64,000 nt of DNA, taken from the NCBI RefSeq assembly GCF_006345805.1, contig NC_042999.1:155186001-155250000 (forward strand). The letters are read 5' to 3'. Every line of letters starts with the position of its first letter. Position 1 is the first letter of the stretch. This document shows, one piece after another, positions 53,631 through 64,000 of the stretch. The notes beneath the pieces were generated by a model, which worked only from the letters and a program-made list of their open reading frames with translations, was not told the DNA's origin and made no database searches. The position numbers and the translations under genes were made by a program. Source of the DNA: Octopus sinensis (lineage: Eukaryota).

Positions 53631-54247
53631 TTATTATTATTAGTCAGTAGTCTTATTTTTATCACGTGCCTCCACTGCGCTTACTTCCGTTTACTACCAG
53701 GACTCATTCATACATGTTGTTTGTTTCTTCTCGAGCCATGCCTGGCTCCTAAGGGCCGGTTTCCAGGTTTCATTGGCGTATAGGTTCCCCACCTGGACAG
53801 GACGCCAGTCCATCGTGGGTGAGCTGGTAGATGCAGGAGGAAAGAGTGAGATAAAGTTGTGGTGAAAGAGACAGCAGAGGTTCACCAATACCTTCTGCCG
53901 AAGCCACGTGGGGCTTAGGTGTTCCGCTCATAAACACACACATGGCCCGGCCTGCGATTCGAACCCTCGTTCCCTCGTCCGAGAGTTCGCTGCCCTAACC
54001 ACAAAGTCATGTGCCTCCACCATTCATACATACAGAGAGTAATCCCGTTCTATTTTACTCTTTTGCCTTTTCAGTATTGTTTTGCTTAGTTTTAAGGTAA
54101 TAAATATTTTTCTTTTGAAAATTAGCATTCATTTAATAATTTTGTATGAGCAACAAAAAATTTGATAAAAGTTAAATTACTATTATTGCACGTACATCAT
54201 ATTTTCTGGTATAACCCATGGTGATAAAAGTATACTTCCAAAAATAA

Positions 54248-54849
54248 GGCGGCGAGCTGGCAGAATCGTTTGCACGCCGGGCGAAGTGCGTAGCCGTATT
54301 TCGTCTGCCGTTACGTTCTGAGTTCAAATTCCGCCGAGGTCGACTTGGCCTTTCATCCTTTCGGGGTCGATAACTTAAGTATCAGTTGCGCACTGGGGTC
54401 GATATAATCGACTTAATCCGTCTGCCTGTCCTTGTTTGTCTCCTCTGTGTTTAGCCCCTTGTGGGTAGTAAAGAAATAGGTATTTCGTCTGCCGTAACGT
54501 TCTGAGTTCAAATTCCGCCGAGGTCGACTTTGCCTTTCGTCCTTTCGGGGTCGATAAATTAAGCACCAGTTACGCACTGGGGTCGATGTAATCGACTTAA
54601 TCCGTCTACCTGTCCTTGTTTGTCTCCTCTGTGTTTAGCCCCTTGTGGGTAGTAAAGAAATAGGTATTTCGTCTGTCGTTACGTTCTGAGTTCAAATTCC
54701 GCCGAGGTCGACTTTGCCTTTCATCCTTTCGGGGTCGATAAATTAAGCACCAGTTACGCACTGGTGTCGATGTAATCGACTTAATCCCTCTGTCTGTCCT
54801 TGTTTGTCCCCTCCATGTTTAGCCCCTTGTGGGTAATAAAGAAATAAGA
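54248..54849 (+). mobile_element. Tandem SINE array (3 units of about 185 bp)
   Basis: One full head followed by head-truncated units joined at aaagaaatag|gtatttcgtc. Confidence 0.85.
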
Positions 54850-54923
54850 ATACTTCCAAAATTACTCGTCATTTAAAAATTGTGGTCATTTTCCATTCTC
54901 TTATTAACGGTTTCAATATACAG

Positions 54924-55027
54924 CAACACCAGCTGACTGCCAAGCTATACTGGACAAAGATAACAGCAGTGTAACAGGTCATTATTTGATAGACCCCGAT
55001 AATGTTGGACCAATACAAGCATTTGAG
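54924..55027 (+). CDS. Fibrinogen-like domain exon 1: STPADCQAILDKDNSSVTGHYLIDPDNVGPIQAFE
   Basis: tacag/gtaagg boundaries, 104 nt. It converts phase 1 to phase 0, as required to join exon E to the VYC exon. Matches the C...G.Y.IDPD..GP..F-x-VYC motif. Absent from the ORF track. Confidence 0.9.
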
Positions 55028-55068
55028 GTAAGGGTGTTTTATTTTTAATGTTATATAACCACCAGCAA

Positions 55069-55850
55069 GGCAGCGAGCTGGCAGAAGCGTTAGCGCGCCG
55101 GGCGAAATCCTTAGCGGTATTTCGTCTGCTGCTACGTTCTGAGTTCAAATTCCGCCGAGGTCGACTTTGCCTTTCATCTTTTCGGGGTCGATTAAATAAG
55201 TACCAGTTACGCACTGGAGTCGATGTAATCGACTTAATCCGTGTGCCTGTCCTTGTTTGTCCCCTCTGTGTTTAGCCCCTTGTGGGTAGTAAAGAAATAG
55301 GTATTTCGTCCGCCGCTGCGTTCTGAGTTCAAATTCCGCCGAGGTCGACTTTGCCTTTCATCCTTTCGGGGTCGATTAAATAAGTACCAGTTACGCACTG
55401 GAGTCGATGTAATCGACTTAATCCGTGTGTCTGTCCTTGTTTGTCCCCTCTGTGTTTAGCCCCTTGTGGGTAATAAAGAAATAGGTATTTCGTCTGTCGT
55501 TACGTTCTGAGTTCAAATTCCGCCGAGGTCGACTTTGCCTTTCATCCTTTCGGGGTCGATAAATAAGTACCAGTTACGCACTGGAGTCGATGTAATCGAC
55601 TTAATCCGTTTGTCTGTCCTTGTTTGTCCCCTCTGTGTTTAGCCCCTTGTGGGTAATAAAGAAATAGGTATTTCGTCTGTCGTTACGTTCTGAGTTCAAA
55701 TTCCGCCGAGGTCGACTTTGCCTTTCATCCTTTCGGGGTCGATTAAATAAGTACCAGTTACACATGGGGTCGATATAATCGACTTAATCCGTTTGTCTGT
55801 CCTTGTTTGTCCCCTCTGTGTGTAGCCCCTTCTGGGCAGTAAAGAAATAG
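55069..55850 (+). mobile_element. Tandem SINE array (4 units of about 185 bp)
   Basis: Same unit and junction as 54248-54849. Confidence 0.85.
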
Positions 55851-56853
55851 GTAACAAGAGATTCAAGAACAACATCGTACTTCACTGTATGCATTAGCAT
55901 CGTTTTTGCGGTTAGATATCCTTTCTAACATCAACCATTTTATAGTGTATGCAGGATACTTTTTTGCGCTACCAGCACTATTGGGTACTTTTCTCGCGTT
56001 ATTGCCAAGTAACTTACGAATCCCGACTGGGTTGGCTTAGTGATGCGTATGAGAGAAGGGGGAAAAGCAACAGTGGAGTGGGAATTGAGGGAGGTTTGCT
56101 TTAATTTATTTCAGGTTGCATGACACCCCAAAACTCTCCAATTCTCTCGTATTGTGTATAGGCTTGGCGTGGCTGTATAGTAAGACGTTTGCTCCCCAGT
56201 CACATGGTTCTGGGTTCAGTCCCACTGTTTGAAACCTTGGGCAAATTCTTATACTATAGCCTGAGATCGATCAAATCCTTGTGAGTGAATTTGGTAGACC
56301 CAAGCTGAAAAAATCCCGTCGTGTGTGTGTGTGTTGTGTGTGTATGTGTGTGTGTGTGTACGTGTGTGCCCTTCACCAACAGGTGTTGGTGTGTTTAAAC
56401 CCCCGTAACTTAATGGTCCGACAAAAGAGATCGATAAAATAAGCACCAGGCTTAAAAAATAGTAAGTGCTGGAGTCGATTCGTTCGACTAAAATTCTTCA
56501 AGATGGTGCTGTATCATGGCCGCAAGTAAGTTAGTAAAAAATAAAAGTTAAAGATGGCGGTCATTCATTCTGGGTTCCTTTTTCCTTCTCAAAAGCAAAT
56601 ACTTATCGTTAACAAAACAGAACCAGAAAAACTGGTGAAGGTCTGCTTCAGTAAAATTGGTTATGGTGAGATGAAATGGGGAATATAACGTTTGAAGACT
56701 GACTTTTTTTGTCCGAGATTTGTTTTAACTGATGAGGTTAAGTTAGGGCTTCTCAAGATGGAGTAGGCTTACCCCTAGAGGCACGCGAGAGGGATTAGAT
56801 GGGCATGCGAATCTGTAAAAACGCTGGAAATTAGAAGTAATCACAAAATTTTA

Positions 56854-57075
56854 TTGGGTTGGTGCATAATTCTTACGGCTTTTTTTCAACAAATAACAAA
56901 AACATCTTTAAATGATTATTTCAGAGCATATTCACCATCTACTTCAATTACTGCTTCCCATTTACTTGGCAGACGGTCAGACCGTCATTTAAAGATGATT
57001 TTGTTAAATATTTTTATTGTTTTTGTTGAATAAAATTTGTTGAAAAAAAGCCGCAGTAATTATGCACCAACCCAA
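56854..57075. mobile_element. mariner-type MITE
   Basis: TIRs TTGGGTTGGTGCATAATT and AATTATGCACCAACCCAA, with TA on the left. The internal minus strand gives DRLPSKWEAVIEVDGEY, a mariner transposase C-terminus. Confidence 0.8.
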
Positions 57076-57186
57076 TTTGACTCCGAAAGGATTTAAAAAA
57101 TAACCGCTCTGGGATTTGAAATCATTAGCCCCACTCTGTGATATAGAAGTATGATAACCAAACTTTATTTTTGTGATTATTTACAG

Positions 57187-57344
57187 GTCTACTGCATCAT
57201 GGATGGAGACCTTGGCATTACAGTTATTGAAACCGATTTTTACCAACAGGTTACTGTTGGTACTTTCAATGTGACTTACAATTTTGAAATTGAGGTCGTA
57301 AAGAAAATTGTTGAGATTTCTGTATTTTGCTACCAAACTATGAT
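57187..57344 (+). CDS. Fibrinogen-like domain exon 2: VYCIMDGDLGITVIETDFYQQVTVGTFNVTYNFEIEVVKKIVEISVFCYQTM
   Basis: tttacag/gtaagt boundaries, phase 0 to 2, VYCxM...CxQ motif of the Caspr domain. Confidence 0.88.
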
Positions 57345-57635
57345 GTAAGTGTTATCCTTCATTACAACCCAGCTTTTTACTCTTGAATAATTAAAACCGA
57401 TATGTGATAAAAGTTGATTATGTGATGTGAGGTCGAACTGGCAAGGTTTATATAACACCACTGATAACTGCATTGTGTTGGAAGTAAATATATTTACCGT
57501 ATTTACTTGTAAATAAGTTGCACTCGTGTATAAATCACACCCCTGATTTAGAGTTAAAATCTTTGGTACAACTTTTTTATCCTTCGTAGCTTTGCCCTGT
57601 GTATAAGTTCAGTTCAGATTTTTCCTGTTAAAATC

Positions 57636-57711
<76 letters not shown>

Positions 57712-58031
57712 TGTATGTATTATGTATTTGAGTGTCTGTGTTTGTTCCCCCATCATCGTTTGACAACCGATTTTGGTGTGTTTACGTAACCGTAACTTAG
57801 CGGTTCAGCCAAAGAGACCGATAGAATAAGTACTAAGCTTACAAAGAATAAGTCCTGAGGTCGATTTGTTCGACTAAAGGCGGTGCCTTAGCATGGCCGC
57901 AGTCAAATTACTGGAACAAATAAAAGAATATATATATACAATATACACACGTATGTATGTGTATGCGCGTGCGTATGTTTGGATACGTATGTATGTCTGT
58001 GTGTGTGCATGTGTATATTTATATATATTTT

Positions 58032-58090
<59 letters not shown>

Positions 58091-58707
58091 CATATGTAGA
58101 AAAATACAAACTGGACAAGAACGTAAAACATTTAGAAGACGATACAAAAAACACGGACGGGACATTCGAAGCCTTCAATCTTCAGTCAAGAACTGGATCA
58201 TCCTCGCATTTTCGGCTGATTAATCTTGAGATCGCTCCGATCCGGCCAGCACCAAGGAAAAACTAAGCTACGAGAATTAGATTTCTTGGAAAAAGGATCG
58301 AATGTATACGAAACAAGGCAGAAAAACGGACGATGCCACACGAATATTAATACAAAAAACAATAATAGTAATAACAGGACAAAAACAGCGGGTGTCTTAC
58401 GACTATAGACAGTACAACTTAGTTTAGCTGGCGTATTTGGAAAAAAATGCCTTTTTCGGCAGACGAAGACAACGATGTTCTCGTGGCGCTGGTTATATAT
58501 ATTTAAAACAATAAGGGTGAAAAATTGAATATTAATTAGATTAATATCTATTTAAAATCAGTGGTCTAGCATATTAAAATCTGAAGATTCATATTAAAAT
58601 CTGCAAAATTATATTACATACAAATAAGTAGAGATCACCACTACTTGGACATCCATTATGCTAGAAGTAGATCCGCTATGGTCTTACCACTACGAAAGGA
58701 ATGTTCT

Positions 58708-58746
<39 letters not shown>

Positions 58747-58953
58747 CCTGCTTGCCTAACCAGTGGAGTTGCATCATTCGTAAGCTAAAACGATACTAAA
58801 GTGCATTGTGACCAGCGATGTATAACAACATCCGATGGTTCGGTCGAACTCATGAGACTTCCTTCCCAAGATTGCCAAGATTGCCTTGATGAATTGCTTT
58901 ATCTATTTTGACAGTTTTAAGATAGACAATTTTTAAATATCATTTGATTTCAG

Positions 58954-59059
58954 GTACACCTGCAATGCGGAACACTCTATGTTTGATGGATCGTTTTACT
59001 GGACAGACGGTAATGGAGAAAAACAGTACACCTGGGCTGGAGGTGATGACGATTATAAG
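58954..59059 (+). CDS. Fibrinogen-like domain exon 3: (M)[35 protein letters not shown]
   Basis: tttcag/gtaatt boundaries, phase 2 to 0, YxC...W...WxGG motif. Absent from the ORF track. Confidence 0.88.
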
Positions 59060-59184
59060 GTAATTTCTTATAATTTTTTATAAAAAGACTACCATAGGCG
59101 TAGGTGTGGCTATATGGTAAGAAGTTTGATTCCCAACCACATGGTAAACAGAAACTAAAAGAAGCCCGTCGGATATATATATAT

Positions 59185-59878
<694 letters not shown>

Positions 59879-60758
59879 TGTGTATGTATGTGTGTGTGTA
59901 TCATTATTCAGTTTATTTCAATATTTCTTGTCAACAGAGAAAGGGCCGGTTTCTAACCTAGATCGAAGGTCCCTTCTTTGGAATTTCAACATCAACAGAG
60001 TATTTGTGCATATATGTGTATATGGACAGTATTTGGAGTCTGTGTATTTGCAGGTTTGTACGTTTATGTATTCTCATACATATAGTTGCATATCTAGACA
60101 TGCGAATTTATACTTAAATGATAAACTTCTGGAAAGTTTTAAACTTTTTACAGTCCCAGTGATTGCTTGGACCTGTAGTCTTCGAATCAGCTTTCTCCTT
60201 GCTGATTTTAGGCAGTGTGTTACATATTCCACTGCTCCAATTATCATAGGTATAAACCTGAATTTGCAATCTGTGTAGCGTAACTGCTAATTTCTCAGTA
60301 GTACAGTGTAGGGGTTTCATTTTCGGTGCGTCTGCGCAGTAGATTTTGAAAAAAAAAATAGGATGTATAAACAAAAGGCACATAGTTTGATCGCCTCGTG
60401 TTTATATATTTAACCCAAGGTGCACCTGTTGAGGAAGATTTCACCTAGCGGCTAAATGTTATTTACTTGCTAAACTAAAATCAGAAACTAATTGGTCCAG
60501 GAAACTAGATAGTAAATGTTTTTACTTTTTCATTTCGTTCCTGTCGAATTTTATCCCTAATTTTTGTGGTTATAGAACCTAACTGTTCTTTCTAGCGTGT
60601 TGAATCCCACGAGTGGATTCCTTATGTACACTGTATTTTATGTATTTTATGACTATATATATATATTATATATATAACCATTGCAGCGTGGAAGGTGTTT
60701 ATAAGCCATTTAAGAAACACACAAAAGCCGTTCGATTCACTCCAACATTTAAGTTTAA

Positions 60759-60808
60759 TTTGTCAAAATATTTTCGTCGCTAAAATCCGCGACCTGTTCA
60801 CTGACAAA
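60759..60808 (-). ncRNA. Putative hammerhead variant with a swapped G3-C8 core
   Basis: Minus strand: TTTGTCA-GTGAACA-g-GTCGC ggatttta GCGAC-GAAA-ATAT-TT-TGACAAA. Helix I has 7 bp and helix III contains the palindrome AATATT. Confidence 0.5.
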
Positions 60809-61433
60809 AATCCGTGCTGCATCTGAGAAAGTAACAGTTAGTTCGTCATATATATGTACGTATGGATGTGTGTATGTATGCATACATGTGTGTATGTATG
60901 TACGTATGCATGTACGTACATACGCCTGTGTATGCATGTATGTATGTATGTATGTATGTATGTATGTATGTATGTATGTATGTATGTATGTATATATGTA
61001 TGTAAACAATAATCCTTGGATGAAATTTATAAACATTTAATGCATCGTTACGCACGTTTCCACAAATCATATGACTTTTAAGATCATAGTCCGTATTCCT
61101 GGAATAATTACAGTATAGCCCGTAGTAACCACTACGATAGAATATATTTATCTTACATTATATCCGTACAACTTGATGCATCCCCGAAAAACTCACTCAC
61201 TAGTCAGCATCATTAGACTGTGACCGGCACAATGGAATTTGCATATTTATATATATAATTAAAATAAGCAACAAGAATATCCGAGGTAGTGTTGCTTATT
61301 TTGATTATAATCACCCCATTTGATTTATATGGATAATACCATACCAAATTCTGGTGCCTTTAACTTAAGTACCATATTCATCTGAATCTAAATTTTGCTG
61401 AACTTATATATATATATATATATATATATATAG

Positions 61434-61490
<57 letters not shown>

Positions 61491-61517
61491 CAGACAGACA
61501 AACAGATAGATAGATAG

Positions 61518-61610
<93 letters not shown>

Positions 61611-61621
61611 GATAGATAGAT

Positions 61622-61660
<39 letters not shown>

Positions 61661-61930
61661 TAGATAGATAGATAGATAGATAGATATGTTTCTTTATTAG
61701 CCACACAGGGCTGCACACAGATGGGACAGATTGCAAAGTAGAGCTTTTCTTTTGGGGCGAGAGAAAAGAAAAAAATAATAAGGTGGGTTAGATTTTCGCA
61801 CATGACAAACACGCCAACAAAGCTGGTATCTGCGTGAGAAACTTCATCCATCTAAAATGTACGGTAGTGAAATCCCACCAAGACAATTGTTAAAGTTATT
61901 AACTCTGCCGTTATTTGTTCTTCCTTTTAG

Positions 61931-62129
61931 TGCTCCTGCGGTGTGATTGGCATGTGTTACGACAAATCAAAAGGTTGTAACTGTGAAAATAACGATCTGC
62001 AAGAAACTGATAAAGGCAAGATTATTGATAAAACCCTCTTACCAATTTCAAGTTTTACCAGGACGTCAGATCCCAGCAGCTACGCTCAAATCACTTTCGG
62101 AAACATTAAATGTTCTTCCAGACAGTTTG
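61931..62129 (+). CDS. Fibrinogen-like domain exon 4: CSCGVIGMCYDKSKGCNCENNDLQETDKGKIIDKTLLPISSFTRTSDPSSYAQITFGNIKCSSRQF
   Basis: ttttag/gtaagt boundaries, phase 0 to 1, CxCG..C..CNC..D.G.I..K..LP..G.x.C motif as in Caspr/neurexin IV. Confidence 0.9.
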
Positions 62130-62959
62130 GTAAGTAATAAATTCCACATTTTTAAATAGTTGTTGAATCTCATTGAGCAGAACTAAACTTCTAGTTCTCG
62201 TTCTCGTTCTGCTGGGTTGTGTCCCCCAATCCGGTTTTGCTTCACATATAGACTAATTTTGCCTTTCTAACACCGAGGGCAGTGCTCCAGAATGACCAAG
62301 GCTGTGACGGCTGAAACAAAATAAAGAGATTAGTGAAATAGCTGAAATAGCATGGCCATATGGTAAGAAACTTGATAGCCAGGATTCCGAGTTCAGTCCA
62401 ATTGAGTGATACTTCGAAAAATAAATTAGTTAACACTAGACAAGAAAGAAGTCTTAACTGCTGAACAAATGTTTTCTTTTTTAAAAAAATTAAATAATAG
62501 GCGCAGGAGTGGCTGTGTGGTAAGTAGCTTGTTTACCAACCACATAGTTCCGGGTTCAGTCCCACTGAGTGGCACCTTGGGCAAGTGTTTTCTACTATAG
62601 CCTCGGGCCGACCAAAGCCTTGTGAGTGGATTTGGTAAACGGAAACTGAAAGAAGCCCGTCGTATATATGTATATATATATATATATGCGTGTGTGTGTT
62701 TTTGTGTCTGTGTTTGTCCCCCTAGAATTGCTTGACAACCGATGCTGGTGTGTTTATGTCCCCGTTACTTAGCGGTTCGGCAAAAGAGACCGATAGAATA
62801 AGTACTGGGCTTACAAAAGAATAAATCCCGGGGTCGAGTTGCTCGATTAAAGTAAAGAGAGAGTAATAGAATGCATTTATTTCTGTAATTTCGATAAATT
62901 ATTAAAATTTTCCTATCCTTCCTTAATACCGGTTCCCATATGCTACTCATATCTGCACT

Positions 62960-63656
62960 CTGTCTTCTCAGGAGGTTGTTGTGTCCTAGCATATGTGCTG
63001 CTTCTTTTATTTTTCATATTTTCCAGTGGTGTTCTCTGTCTATAATTTTAACTTCATCCCACAGGGGGAGGTGGTCACCATTTTTCCATATATGATCAGC
63101 TATACCCGATTTATCAGTATCTCCTTGTGTCACAGCTTTGGGATGTTCGTCTACCCTTATTTTGGGAGCGTCATGTTTCACCTTTGTATAACCTAGCACA
63201 GCTGCATGGGATGGAGTACCCGCAGTCTTTGGTTATATTCTCTTCTATTGGTGGTTTTACACGAAGGAGATATTTGCGAAGTGTTGTATTACTTTTGAAT
63301 ACTGTCCTTATGGCATATGGACTGCACATCTTTTGTATCTTTTCGGAGAGGCCTTTTACATAGGTTAGACAGACCATGGACAGTTTATGGGTTTCGTCCT
63401 CTCTTCTCTTCATAATTGGAGTGGATAGTATGTTTTGGGGGTAGTTGTTGCTTAATAGATTGTTACTTAGCTTAATCATTTCTTCGTGGTGTGTATCAGG
63501 ATCACTACTTATATTCTTTGCTCGATGTTTTAGGCACTGAGCAATCCCTCTCTTTACACTGTATGTATGGTGGGAATTGAAGTTGAGGTATCGTCCAGTA
63601 AAGGTCAGCTTGCGATATACGGATGTCCTGAGTCCGTATTCCGAGTTCGATTCCAA
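62960..63656 (-). mobile_element. 5'-truncated Penelope-like element: RT C-terminus plus GIY-YIG endonuclease, frameshifted
   Basis: VYRKLTFTGRYLNFNSHH..KRG...YVKGLSEKI...YSIPCSC..YKGET, then EH...SGIADHIW...H...VKIIDRE in the next frame. Confidence 0.85.
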
Positions 63657-63667
63657 GCAGTGACCTA

Positions 63668-63715
<48 letters not shown>

Positions 63716-63716
<1 letters not shown>

Positions 63717-64000
63717 TATTGAAAGACTTCAGACAAAGAACATGCCTCCTCATTGATATGACTGTCCCAATCGATATAAACGTATCTGTCAAGACCTACC
63801 AAAAACTGAGCAAATATAAAGATCTTGAATAGAAATCAGCAAAATGTGGAAGCTGAAGACTAAAACAATACCTGTTGTCATAGGTGCCCTGGGAATGATA
63901 GCGAAAGGGACTGATTGCTACCTAACTCAGATACCAGGAAACCCCAAAATGGCAGAAATTCAAAAGATAGTGCTCATGGGAACTGCTCATATCCTACGCA
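63716..64000 (+). mobile_element. R4/Dong-like RLE LINE 3' fragment directly after a (TAA)n tract
   Basis: TCLLIDMTVP.D....K..KLSKYKDL...MWKLKTKTIPVVIGALGMI...IQKIVLMGTAHILR. Confidence 0.8.

Noticed and set aside
54248-55850. CRISPR-like or satellite interpretation of the regularly spaced repeats (also 39444-39842)
   Set aside because: There are no unique spacers and the context is eukaryotic. The units are SINE bodies or a simple minisatellite.
57187-57231. Direct splice from exon E to 57187, giving a short C-terminus CLLHHGWRPWHYSY*
   Set aside because: The phase-correcting exon at 54924-55027 restores the conserved domain frame. The stop-containing reading would arise only if that exon were skipped.

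Overview
AT-rich, repeat-dense animal genomic DNA. It is most likely from an octopus, inferred from the recurring tRNA-derived SINE families and the very high microsatellite load. One + strand gene spans the window and runs off the right edge. I could assemble 21 coding exons by hand (1026-62129, 2854 nt, 951 codons plus 1 nt), with GT-AG boundaries and consistent phases. They encode a signal peptide, 16 EGF-like modules (each a symmetric phase 1-1 exon) and a Caspr/neurexin-IV-type fibrinogen-like domain, with no discoidin or LamG domain in front of it. Fourteen of the EGF exons come from recent tandem duplication of exon blocks (SP-ABC-A'ABC-A'ABC-ABC-D-E-FBG). The introns hold Penelope-like element remnants with GIY-YIG ORFs, at least 8 type I hammerhead ribozyme motifs (4 on the pre-mRNA strand), a 2.9 kb palindrome, a Helitron, Tc1/mariner and hAT MITEs, RLE-type LINE fragments and tandem SINE arrays. 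All calls are from manual reading, with no database search. Small indels between near-identical AT-rich copies could partly be long-read consensus errors.
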